The notes beneath the pieces are model-generated. The model was not told where the DNA came from and ran no database searches. It saw only the letters and a list, made by a program, of their open reading frames with translations. A DNA stretch of 63,728 bases, the filler included, from Dicyema japonicum (lineage: Eukaryota; Animalia; Dicyemida), in NCBI GenBank assembly GCA_011109175.1. It is 10 parts of 10 records of this genome, joined end to end, with 100 filler letters (N's around TTAATTAATTAA, not from the genome) between each part and the next. Parts side by side here need not be neighbours in the genome. Positions count along the whole stretch, not along the records: positions 1 to 15,080 come from RDEW01000165.1; positions 15,181 to 20,377 come from RDEW01000126.1; positions 20,478 to 22,964 come from RDEW01000079.1; positions 23,065 to 25,853 come from RDEW01000082.1; 6 more parts are not named here. One strand, 5' to 3'. Shown here one piece after another: positions 11,513 through 23,149 of the stretch. Position 1 is the first letter of the stretch, and the number at the start of each line of letters is the position of its first letter. A program made the translations under genes and the position numbers.

Positions 11513-12090
11513 ATGGTACAAGTTCTCAAACGAAATGTTAAAAATACTGAATTTGAGGTTTGAATCGATTCATGGAGTGAGAATAAATGGAAAGAAAGGA
11601 AAAGAATATTATATAAAATGGAAGAATTATTCAATGTTATATGAAAATTCGTTTACACAAATTTAGTGATGATAATACTTGGGAACCTTTGAAGAATTTG
11701 AACTGTGGTGAGCTTATCCAAAATTTTGAAAATAAAAATCCAGAGACAGCGAAACAAAATCAAAATTCGCCAAATAAATTAAAATCAAATCGTTCTAAAA
11801 ATAGAAAATTAAATAACATTCATAAAAACCAATCATTTTCTGCCAATGTGAGATGTCATCTTAAGTTAATATTTTAGAGTTCTGATACCAAATTGACACA
11901 AATTGATAAAATAATAAATATCATACGTGACAATGAAAATATATTGTTTGAAGTGAAATTGTATTTAGTTTATAGTTTAACATTAAGGAAAAACAGTCGA
12001 AACCATCAACGGATGCCGTTGGAATTTCTCCGAAAAACATGCCCAGTGCTATTGATTAATTTTCTGATTAGTCAAATCAATCTTAATTAA
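11513..12090 (+). CDS. HP1-like chromodomain + chromoshadow protein (4 exons; one 1-bp homopolymer frameshift)
   Basis: [62 protein letters not shown], a hinge, then LTQIDKIINIIRDNENILFEVKLKNSRNHQRMPLEFLRKTCPVLLINFLISQINLN*. GT-AG introns of 31, 30 and 27 nt. Confidence 0.8.
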
Positions 12091-12599
12091 TATAATTTAA
12101 TATCTTTTTGGGTTAATACAGTTCTTTCCTTTTCGTTGTATATTTGATTAAATAATATGCCGTCCCACGCTGGCGACCAGGATTGTGATTTGGTGGTCTA
12201 CATACTTGACAGGGTGACCTACATAGTTTGACATTAAATTAAAACAAAAATAAATGGTATCTCCCAAAGATTTTATATCATTATAGTCTAAATCCTTAGG
12301 TTACGTAAAAATGATAGTGAATACAAAATCGTGTAAATATACTGCTCCAACAACCTGTAAAAACTACATCTTGATCCGAAAAATACAAAATTATAAAAAG
12401 CAAATTCGTAGTCGCCAAATCGTTAAAAAATAAAACTGCTGTTATTAGTAAATAATCTCAAAATATTAGAAAATTCTGCTGTTTAACATAATATTATTTT
12501 TTTAACTAATTTTTAATCATTAACGTCATACCTTATATACTTAATTAAAATGTTTCATTATCTTAAAAGTTTATTTAATTTTTAAAACAAAAGCTTGCC

Positions 12600-12960
12600 C
12601 GAATTTTACTTTTATGTTTACCACATAGGGTGAAGTATCATTAGTTTTTAAAATATTGCTACCATAACGATAAGACTATTTGTACGTTTCTGTTCGCGTT
12701 TTCGCAGATTTTGGACTTTTGTGCATTTGGCAATAGAAACTATATTTCATGTTTTTTTACTATCACATCTAGGGAAATATTTTTTATAATGGCATCGCTT
12801 GACTTAGCATATCTTGTAAACGAATAAAAATTTCAAAAAAGAAAAAGAAGCATATTGTCCAAAAAAGTTATAAAATCACATCTAATGACTATTGATTTGA
12901 CTAATCTGAAAATAAATCACTACGGGTGATTTTACAGACAGCAAATATGAAAATAAACGT
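12600..12960. repeat. Dispersed ~350-bp repeat of unknown nature; further copies at ~14250-14580 and ~14880-15080
   Basis: Shared motifs GGGTGAAGTATCATT, ACCATAACGATAAGACT, GGCATCGCTTGA and AATAAATCACTACG. Confidence 0.65.
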
Positions 12961-13331
12961 CTATCGGAAAAATAATTTTCATACTATATCCACGTCATAG
13001 GTCGTTAATTTTAAATATGGGTTCTTTTGCAGTATAGTTGACTCACTAACATGAACCTGGGTAACACATAAACTCTATTAATCTGGAATGTTTCCTAGGC
13101 TTGTACCACCGTTTTTGCCACAGGAAAACGGCATTATTCTTCTGGGAACACTTTACTCATTCCATAAGCTCTGTGCATGAAGCTAAATAAACGTAAAAAT
13201 CCCATTACAAAATTGGCATATTGATAAATTAAGTTCTGTTAAAAATGAATTCTGTTTTAATATGTTTCAGATTTAATTTTTTTATTTTATAAATTACAAT
13301 TGATTTAAATTTATCTTGTTAAAGCTCTCGG

Positions 13332-13905
13332 ATGGTACACGTTATCAAAACGAAAAAATACAAATACTGAATTTGTGGTCGAAGCGATTCATGCAGTGCG
13401 AATAAATGGAAAGAAGCAAAAAGAATATCTTATAAAATGGAAGAATTATTTAATGTTATTTGATAATTTGTTTATATAAATGTAGCGATGATAATACATG
13501 GGAGCCCGTAAAGAATTTGAACTGTTCTGAACTTATTCGAGATTTTGAAAATCAAAACCATGAAACTCAAAAACAAAATCTTAATTCTAGAAAAAAATTA
13601 AAACAAAATACTTATAAAAATACCAAATTGGATAACAATCATCAAAACCGTTTATCCTCTACAAATGTGAAATTCTATTTAATGTTGATATCTTAGTGTT
13701 CTCAAATCGATTTGACACAAATTGATAAAATAGCAAATATCATTCGTGAAAATAATAATATATTTTTTAATGTAAAATTGTAGTTACTTTATTATAACTT
13801 TAAGAAAAAACATTCGAAGGCATCAAAAGATTCCATTGGATTCTCTACGAGAAACGTGTCCAGTCGTATTGATTAATTTTGATAAGTCAAATCAATTTTA
13901 ATTAG
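13332..13905 (+). CDS. HP1-like paralogue 2 (frameshifts near the start and the end)
   Basis: TEFVVEAIHAVRINGKKQKEYLIKWKNY..DDNTWEPVKNLNCSELIRDFE..LTQIDKIANIIRENNNIFFNVKLKNIRRHQKIPLDSLRETCPVVLINF. Introns of 31, 30 and 25 nt at the same positions as copy 1. Confidence 0.75.
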
Positions 13906-14009
13906 ACATAATTTGAAATCTTTTTGGCTAATGAATTCTTTTTCTCTTTTTTCCCATTTGATTATAAAATACTTATCTTTCTACTTCGGAATTAATCAAC
14001 CATATGTTT

Positions 14010-14225
14010 AAATGACCCAATACGCACCTCGATTGTTATCAAGCACAACAAACCCGATATTGTGGTCCACGATAAGGTCACCGGGGAGATTGTTATTGTG
14101 GAAGGTGGGCATCACGTGCCTAGATCGTTTCAGACAGTGGAAGTTGGGAAAAGAAGGAAGTATAACTTTTTTGCAAACAAGCTAGGGCTGATCTACCAAT
14201 GTAAAGTCCATGTCATTCCGATTGT
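14010..14225 (+). mobile_element. R4-like RLE endonuclease fragment
   Basis: IRTSIVIKHNKPDIVVHDKVTGEIVIVE..KRRKYNFFANKLGLIYQCKVHVIPIV. Confidence 0.8.
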
Positions 14226-15080
14226 TGAATCCAAAAGCTTGCCTGAATTTTTGCTTTTCTTTACCAGATAGGGTGATGTATCAGGGTGAAGTATCATTGG
14301 TTTTGTCGAATATCGTCACTATAACGATAAGACTAATTGTGCGTTCCTTGCTGAAGTTTTCGCTGATTTCGGACTTTGATGTATTTGTCTATAGAAACTA
14401 CAATTCGTGTTTTTTTACTATCCCATCTTAAAAAATATTTCATACCGTGGCATCGCTTGAGTTCTAGAATATTTTGTAAACAAATAATAATTTTAAAAAA
14501 AAAAAAATTTATATTGTCCAAAAAAGTTCTAAAAATAAATCTAATTACAATTAAAAATAAATCACTACGACTGGAGATGTATCTTGGTGACAATCAAATA
14601 GAATCTATCGCTGCTTTCGAATATCTTTTCATAAAGTTTAGCTATAAACAAAATACATTTTCACATTGAGAATTTGTTTCTATTATCGCCAATAATATTT
14701 ATTATTTTATTGATTTATATCAATTTGATTTCAGAAATTTAAAAATTAAAATATGATCGCATCTTACATTTGCTAAGAATAGTATTTTTACCCTTCTTAG
14801 CCATTTTACTGTTGTTGCGAAAATAAGATTTTTTTGGTCCATGCAGATTGGGTCCTAAAAATAATAAAAAATAAAGTAACCTGAATTTTGCTTTTTTACC
14901 AAATAGGGTGATGTATCAGGGTGAAGTATCATTGGTTTTGTCGAATATCGTAACTATAACGATAAGACTAATTGTGCGTTCCTTGCTGGAGTTTTCGCTG
15001 ATTTTGGACTATTGTGCATTTGGCTATAGAAACTATATTTCGTGTTTTTTACTATCCCATCTTAAAAAATATTTTACACC

Positions 15081-15180
15081 NNNNNNNNNNNNNNNNNNNN
15101 NNNNNNNNNNNNNNNNNNNNNNNNTTAATTAATTAANNNNNNNNNNNNNNNNNNNNNNNNNNNNNNNNNNNNNNNNNNNN
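15081..15180. other. Assembly gap linker N-TTAATTAATTAA-N; others at ~20378, 22965, 25854, 27975, 52454, 56082, 58697 and 62466, with plain N gaps at 38781-39007 and 55361-55409
   Basis: Identical 12-mer with stops in all six frames, embedded in N runs of near-constant length. Confidence 0.97.
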
Positions 15181-16368
15181 TTTAAAGATCAGTGATTATT
15201 CTTAAACTTGTCGAAATGAAAATGGAATTTGTTGTTAACTAACTCTTTGTTTGTTTTATAATTAAAATAATTTACTATTTTAATTTTTATTCAAAGCTGG
15301 TTTGGTAAATTTCCATTTTCGATCAAATCGCCAAATAAGTATACAAATTACGGTGAGTCTGCTAATTTAAACACAATTTAAGCAAACAAGAAATGGGCAT
15401 TCGTCCAGATAACTTGAATTCCTATGACTCACTGACACACAGATGTAACACATTCATGGTAGAATTCAATCCATTATTGACAGGACAGTACTTCAGTCTG
15501 TGGATCAGAAGCTTCGACGTCAATATCTTGTTACAATATGCCTGTAAATAATCAAAATGGGGGCAATTCAGCAACTATAATGATGATTTTGGTCTTTTTA
15601 TCAATTTTGAGTATTCAGCTTATAAATTTCAGTTCCTGTGGCGTTTTTTGGGGAATGAAATATTCCAAGAGTGTCAACCAGATGACTGTCTGTAAATCGA
15701 TGGAAGTCAAGTCAAAGACCTGAGAATTTCGTGGAAGATTGACTTCCTTAGCTTCAGAGAGGACGGATGGGTCGAATACATTGACGAGGGGGCAGTCTTA
15801 TATTACCTGGGGACCAATCCCAAAATGGTGGGAAGATTTGGAGTTGGAAACTATATAATAACATCACGAAAGGATGCAAAGTCCTTGAACCCAGTATTTT
15901 TTGTATATTCAGACAACAACGTGGAATATACTGGTCAGGTTTATTTACTCTGTGATGATTAAATTGTTATTTTAATAAAATTACTTAATCTTCCAAATAA
16001 CAACCTTTATGCTGTCTGCAGACATCGAAAATGATCTTACCATATTAAACTAAGATTGACGAGTGATTTCGACTGGTGTTTCAGTTGATGGACAGAGAAT
16101 CGTAATGAAACTATGCATTAATTACTACCCCTATAACGGATCCACGTCTTTTGGAGTTTAACAAGACTTCGAAATGCCATTCACAGGTTTATAAGTTTTC
16201 AGAATCTTTGAAGAGTCCGTTGGGAAAGCTTATGACTGGATTCTGATTGGACCAATATAGATTTTCTGTCAAATACGTTACTGAGCGGTTATGTTGGAGA
16301 CATTACATAATTTATAACTTATATCAATCATGGGGGACTAGTTTCACAACATTGTAAGTCAACATTAT

Positions 16369-16765
16369 GGGTTCCAATTCAAAATGACCTCCAATTAATT
16401 TTCTCAGGTTTTGGATAAGTTCATCAATAAACATCACGAGATATTTTACTAAGGTCCTCGACACCTTTAGGTAAAAAAGTCATCTTTTAAAATACAGGAA
16501 GGGACAAAGCACATATTGGAGGTACTCAGGTCGTACTTGACTTAGATGACTTTTTTACCTAAAGATGTCGAGGACCTTGGTAAAATGTTCCACTTACCCA
16601 TAAAACCCCTCAAAATTAATTTTTATAAGATTTAAAAAAGATGACTTTTTTACCTGAAGGTGTCGTTTCGCTAAAATCTCGTGATGTTTATTGATGAACT
16701 TATCCAAAACCTTAAAAAATTAATTAGAGGCCATTTTGAGAGAGGCCATTTTTAATGGACACGCC
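16369..16765. mobile_element. MITE-like element with nested inverted repeats
   Basis: The ~110-bp left end (..GGTTTTGGATAAGTTCATCAATAAACATCACGAGAT..GGTAAAAAAGTCATCTTTT) is the reverse complement of the right end. A third inverted copy of the inner ~45 bp lies at ~16545-16590. Confidence 0.7.
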
Positions 16766-17034
16766 TCAAAATATTGGCAACTGTAATCACAGTACTCAGG
16801 TGTTCTAGTGGTGGAACATAGATCGCCAAAGAATAGCCGTCTTTTAAGATTGACATCCTTGTCTAAGATCTGCTTTGTCTTTTTAATGAAGTAGCAGGCT
16901 TTTCGTTTGAATGGGGAAGAAAACGATAGTAAACTTTATGTAATTACCATAGTGACTTAGCCAATTTGAATATTCACCCCGCCATGTTATGTTCCAAATT
17001 TGAAGATCATCGCAATCTCATGAAAATCTGATAG

Positions 17035-17870
17035 TTGGAAGAAGGCCTTTGATTCTGTTGACCATCAATTTTTATTTCATGTATTGGACTGTTCAGGAAT
17101 ACCCCGTTGGATTGTTAACTTTGTAAAGACCATAGTCAAGAAGTGGACTGTAAATCTCCACTTAGATAAAAGAAGAATTGGTTCTGTAAAACTGAGACGT
17201 GGAATTCTGCAAGGAGATTCATTATCCCCTCAACTATTTGTTATGGTAATGGAACCCTTGAGCAGGACCCTTAACTGTATGTTCCCAAGACTACAAATTA
17301 ATCAGGAGGATCCTAATACACTGACTTATTCTACAAATCATTTGTTATTCATTGATGACCTAAAGATATTTGGGCTAAAAGAAAATACTGTTATTAAAAT
17401 GATGAAAGTTGTTCGCGATTTCTTTCATGTTGCCGGCTTGGAGATGAATTCGGAAAAGTCACTTTCTAATGTAAAATCGTTATCATGTTGTGAGACTCTG
17501 GAAGGAGTCAGTGGATATCGATATTTGGGTGTTTTTGAAGATGAGGGAAGTAATGTTCTTAAAAGCAAAGTCACGGAGTCCATACTTGAAAATGTTAAGA
17601 AGAGAATAACCATGCTTTCAAAAACAAAATTAAATTCTGTGAACTTATTTCGTGCAATAAATGAATACGCAATGTCCTATTATATAGGATTATTAATATT
17701 GAACCTTATGATGATATTGACCAACAAATACGGCAACTGTTATGTCATTCAAGTTGCAACTCAAACCTGCAAATAAAGAGATGCTGTATTTGGACAGGAA
17801 GACTTTTGGAAGAGGACTTACCTCGATTTCATTAAAGAGCGAATTAATTCTTTTCCATTTCTGATAGGTA
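17035..17870 (+). mobile_element. R4-like non-LTR reverse transcriptase core fragment
   Basis: KKAFDSVDH, GILQGDSLSPQLFVMVMEPLSRTLN, NHLLFIDDLKIF, YRYLGVFE and NLFRAINEYA (ORF 17084-17776). Confidence 0.9.
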
Positions 17871-17879
17871 CGATGCTTA

Positions 17880-20132
17880 AAAGTTTAGAATATTATGAAA
17901 CTGATAGGTACGATGGTTATCAAAGGGAAATGCAATAGAACGATTTTCAATATTATTTGACAATCGTAAATTTTCTTACTTCTGAAAGTGATAAAAATTT
18001 AGATTTAATTGTATCGAAAAAGAAAGAAATTGTTTATTTGACTTGGATTTTTGGAAAATTTAATGAAGTTTCATTAGAACTTCAGGGAAAGTATGTGACG
18101 TTAATAGATTGTAAAAGAATTATTCAAATATTTATCGAAAAAAATTAAGTTATATAAATATACACTCAATCTCATAAATGTTGACCCAATTCCCATAAAT
18201 GATGTCCAAGTTATATATATTATACTAATAAATGATTTAGGAAAAAAGTATTTTATTTAATTAATCTGTTATTAATTCCATTTACCCTTTCCCAAAAACT
18301 GTTGTAATATGAGGACAAATTCTCGGTTTCGAGACCACTCATAACAAATCCGATATTTGTGAGCAATTCTCCTCTTACAGTTGCTCTTGGTCTAATTACA
18401 TTTAGACGAGATTTAACACAAGAAAAAAAGTTTTCAATTGGGTTCAGGTCAGGTGAATAAGGGAGTAAATAAACAGTTGTAACACTTTTCCTAATAAAGA
18501 AGTCTTTAATTTCATCACAATGATGAAATCTAACATTATCCATCACAACAACATGAGAATTTGTAAATATCCCCTTTTCATCACATTGATTTAGAAAGGT
18601 TAAAAATGATTCCAGATTAAAAGACCCCTCGAATATCATATTATGCTCATTTCCATTTATGGAAATAACCGAACATATTGAGATGTTTCTTCCTTTGGAC
18701 TTAGGCTGGTATAAAACTGGTTCAGTATTAATTGGGGAATACCCATAATTAATTGATGTATGCAAATTAAACCCGGTTTCATCCAAAAATAATAACGGCC
18801 GATTTCTAAACCCTAACATTCTTGATGAAAATACTCCCCTTTCTGCCAAATTTTCTGTACTCAATCTAACTTCGGACCTTTTCTTGAGTCTTTTTCTTGT
18901 GATGCAGGCCTCCTTTAAATCTCTTGAAATTTGAGACTTAGAAAGATTCACTGAAAGTTTTTCTTGAAGACCAACTTGTGTCAGCGAGTTGTCATTTCCA
19001 AAAATAGATCTCATTTCAACATTCAACATTTCTTTATCTTTCTTTTTTCGGCCTACTGTCTTGTAAAGATCACCGAAAGTAGGATCCTCGAGTTCACAGC
19101 TTTCGATCTTTTGTCATTTCTTTATCTTTCTTTTTTCGGCCTACTGTCTTGTAAAGATCACCGAAAGTAGGATCCTCGAGTTCACAGCTTTCGATCTTTT
19201 GTATACACCTGTTCAAACTCTTTTTACTGATCGAGGTGATCTCAATCAACTCTTCTTTTGTTTTAACTTTGTAAAGTCTTTTAATTTGATAAATAGACTT
19301 TCGTTCATAAAAACCTTGCGACTTTTCATATCTGTATTAGTTGATACCATAATAGGGGAAATTAAAATATAGATTTACTTGTGTATTATATATATAACTT
19401 GGACATCATTTATGGGAATTGGGTCATCATTTATGGGACTGAGTGTAACTTGAAAAAAAAATTATAACATTCTCGAATTCCACTCAATTGGTCAAACATT
19501 TAATGAAGACATTAAATTTTTTTGCAACATTTATTAAAAAATTTGATTCTTCGATTCCAAGATATTTTTGAATTAGAAATTCCATCTTGGATGATTAATT
19601 CCTTTTTGTCAAAGCCAGTAGAACAAAAAGAAAATATTCAAGAGGAATTATGTTAAAATTCAATCCAGAATTAAAACTATATTATAATGATTCACAATCA
19701 CCTGTTATCTTTTGGCAAAATATGAAAGTGAGAGTTATCCAAAATTGTGGACAGAAATAGCACAATTGCTAGTCCATTTTCCGACATCACACTGTGTTGA
19801 ATGCGGGTTTTGCATTCTACATCGAATTGTAAATAAAGAACGAAACAGATTGGATGTGTCCATTAGAGGAGATATTCGTTTAAAAAATAACACAAATAGA
19901 GCCAGATCTTGAATCTTTGGTCAAAAACATCAGTCACAGGGATCCCATTGGTATTTAATTCTTTTTTTTATTATAAATTTATACTAAAATACCAACTTAC
20001 CATCGATTATATACTTTTTTTGTTTGATTATTAACAATGAATTCATTTTAGATAGTTAACTAATTTTACTTGTCTGTTCTTAATGAAAAAGTTTTAAGGG
20101 GTCGACTAGTAAAAAAAGGTTGAGAACCCCTG
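17880..20132 (+). mobile_element. 5'-truncated hAT (Buster-type) transposon, interrupted by the Tc1-like element at 18163-19445
   Basis: RWLSKGNAIERF, YLTWIFGKFNEVSLELQG, FQDIFELEIPSW and FPTSHCVECGF..RNRLDVSIRGDIRL; terminus TTGAGAACCCCTG at 20132. Confidence 0.8.
18163..19445 (-). mobile_element. Complete IS630/Tc1-like DD34E transposon
   Basis: TA TSD (18161-62, 19446-47); ~60-bp TIRs CACTCAGTCCCATAAATGATGACCCAATTCCCATAAATGATGTCCAAG. Transposase has FLDETGFN, VMDNVRFH and [10 protein letters not shown] (34-residue D-E spacing). The N-terminus starts near 19350 and is separated only by an 88-bp exact duplication. Confidence 0.95.
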
Positions 20133-20477
20133 ATTTAGAACATGATTGACATTGATGACATCTGTCAAAGTATCAACTTGGGCTCGCGACAAAAAATAAC
20201 TCGAAAGCAATAAGACCACAACATGGGATCGTAGTAAAGTGATATTAAGAGTACAAAGAATGTTGACTAATATCTATTGGTGACTGCTTATGAAGATGAC
20301 TTGTCCAATGCGTTGTAACTCAGGTGCTCCCTTATTTCAAAAATGTTTCCCTCAGTCCATTAAGAAAGGGGATAAGTNNNNNNNNNNNNNNNNNNNNNNN
20401 NNNNNNNNNNNNNNNNNNNNNTTAATTAATTAANNNNNNNNNNNNNNNNNNNNNNNNNNNNNNNNNNNNNNNNNNNN

Positions 20478-21307
20478 AATATATATGTTAAAGAATTAAA
20501 TCTGCTCGTTCTTGGTTTTTCCTGAACTTATTTGACGTCCTGAATTGATTGCAGCCCTTGGTTGCCCGATTAAACCTACCTTTAGGTCGAATTTCCCAAA
20601 AATTGTGGTCAAGTACATGTCAAGTACATCCCTACAGTATCGAAATATATATGTTAAAGAATTAAATCTGCTCGTTCTTGTTTTTCCTGAACTTATTTGA
20701 CGTCCTGAATTGATTGCAGCCCTTGGTTGCCCGATTAAACCTACCTTTAGGTCGAATTTTCCAAAAAATTGTGGTCAAGTACATGTCAAGTACATCCCTA
20801 CAGTATCGAAATATATGTTAAAGAATTAAATCTGCTCGTTCTTGGTTTTTCCTGAACTTATTTGACGTCCTGAATTGATTTGCAGCCCTTGGTTGCCCGA
20901 TTAAACCTACCTTTAGGTCGAATTTTCCAAAATTGTGTCAAGTACATGTCAAGTACATCCCTACAGTATCGAAATATATATGTTAAAGAATTAAATCTGC
21001 TCGTTCTTGTTTTTCCTGAACTTATTTGACGTCCTGATGATTGCAGCCTTGGTTGCCCGATTAAACCTACCTTTAGGTCGAATTTTCCAAAAATTGTGGT
21101 CAAGTACATGTCAAGTACATCCCTACAGTATCGAAATATAATGTTAAAGAATTAAATCTGCTCGTTCTTGGTTTTTCCTAAACTTATTTGACGTCCTGAA
21201 TTGATTGCAGCCCTTGGTTGCCCGATTTAAACCTACATTTAGGTCGAATTTTTCCCAAAAAATTGTGGTCAAGTACATGTCAAGTACATCCCTACAGTAT
21301 CGAAATA
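20478..21307. repeat. Tandem satellite, ~167-bp unit, 5 copies
   Basis: Units begin ATATATATGTTAAAGAATTAAATCTGCTCG and end CAAGTACATCCCTACAGTATCGAA; copies differ mainly in homopolymer lengths. Confidence 0.95.
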
Positions 21308-21309
21308 TA

Positions 21310-22959
21310 CAGTGGGGCAAATAAGTCATGGCAACCCTAGTAAAATATATGAAATAATATTGTTTAGCATTAAATTTTCGATCATTTTGAAATTTCTTAA
21401 AAGGTATTTATTTATAATTAAACGTTTTGCTTAGTATGGTAAAAAAATTAATCGAAAATATTAATTTATTTCTTCAATATTTTTAAAATTTTTATTGCAA
21501 AGACTGCTTTTTATTAATGGAAAAAAGTTCAAGGCAACGTTGTTAAATTTATTAAATTAATATTTTGTTCCGTGTCCCTTGTTATTTATAAACTGCAATG
21601 AACGCGATTTTTGTAAGTTCCAATAAGCTTCTTTACATCATCTAAAGATATTTTTCTCCATTCTTCTGTGCAAATATCTTTCAATTCACTCATATTTCTT
21701 GGACATCTTTTTACTATGTTGTTTTTAAAATTTTCCAAAGATTTTCGATTGGATTTAAGTCTGGCGACTGACTTGGCCATTTAATTACGTTTATTCCTTT
21801 GTCTTTGAGCCATTTCTGAGTAATTTTAGACGTGTGCTTTGGATCATTGTCATGCTGAAAGACCCAATCTGATTTCAACTGAAGAATTGCTGCTGATGGA
21901 ATTAGACATTTTCCAATATTTCACAATATTTAGAAGAATTCATAATTCCGTCGATTAAATATATTTCCCCAACCCTGATGCTGAAAACAGCCCCATACCA
22001 TTATGCTCCGTATTTAACCGTAGGTATGGTGCATTTAGGATTATATGCATTCGTTAGATTTTCGCCAAATTGAAGAGGTATAATTTTTTCCGAATAGTTC
22101 AATTTTAGTTTCGTCTGACCACAGATATTATTAATATATTCATCTTCTTTTGTATTAAGTTTTTGGAAAAAAAATAATCTATCCGTTATATTGATTTTTT
22201 TTAAATAAGGAATTCGACGAGGTCGGCGCTTGTATATTTTTTCATCACGCAATGTGTTACTTATTGTTCTTAAGGTGACTTGTGTTCCGATCATTTCAAA
22301 TCATTACACAACTCTTGTCGAGTTATTCTAGGTTGTTGATTCACTTTTCGAATGAGTAAGGAACGAGAACGGCCTTGAAATTTTTTTAGGGGCGCCTGGT
22401 CTTGGTAAAATAATGTTGTTCCATGTTTATTTCCATCTCAAAATAATATTAGCGAATCGAGCTGATTGGTATCAGAAAAGCTTTAGAAAGTTTTCTATAT
22501 CCGTTTCCATTGATATATTCTTCAATTATCCGGTTTTTGATTTGTAATGAATACTCAACTCTTTTTAGGTTACACATGTGGAATAAAAAGCGTCAAATTA
22601 AAAAATTTATTAACTAAATCAATATTATTAAGTTAATGAGTATTAAATTAGTCTAAATTACAAAAATTTGTAATATTTAATTTGTATTGTGATATTATGA
22701 CCGAATAGGCGAAAATATGGCAATATTTATAAACGTTGCCTTGGACTTTTTTTCCATTAATAAAAAGCAGTCTTTGCAATAAAATTTAAAAATATTGAGA
22801 AATAAATAATATTTTCGATTAATTTTTTTACCAAACTAAGCAAAACGTTTAATTACAAATAAATGCCTTTTAAAAAATTTGAAATAATTGAAAATTTAAT
22901 GCTAAACAATATTATTTCATATATTTTACTAGGGTTGCCATGACTTATTTGCCCCACTG
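21310..22959 (-). mobile_element. Canonical Tc1 transposon with ~240-bp TIRs, degenerate transposase
   Basis: TA-CAGTGGGGCAAATAAGTCATGGCAACCCTAG at both ends; [32 protein letters not shown]. Confidence 0.92.
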
Positions 22960-23149
22960 TATATNNNNNNNNNNNNNNNNNNNNNNNNNNNNNNNNNNNN
23001 NNNNNNNNTTAATTAATTAANNNNNNNNNNNNNNNNNNNNNNNNNNNNNNNNNNNNNNNNNNNNTTCTTCTTTTACCAAGATCTTCAACAGCCATCCACT
23101 TGACTTCCACTCCTTTTGGGCTGTGGGTTCGCCGCTTCGCCAATATAAT

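Noticed and set aside
3623-19029. IS630-like transposases as bacterial contamination
   Set aside because: They have TA duplications, interrupt eukaryotic hAT and HP1-like sequences on the same contigs, and match the host's low GC.
20600-20635. CAAG/CATG cores in the satellite as a p53 response element
   Set aside because: Spacing and flanks do not fit two adjacent RRRCWWGYYY half-sites.
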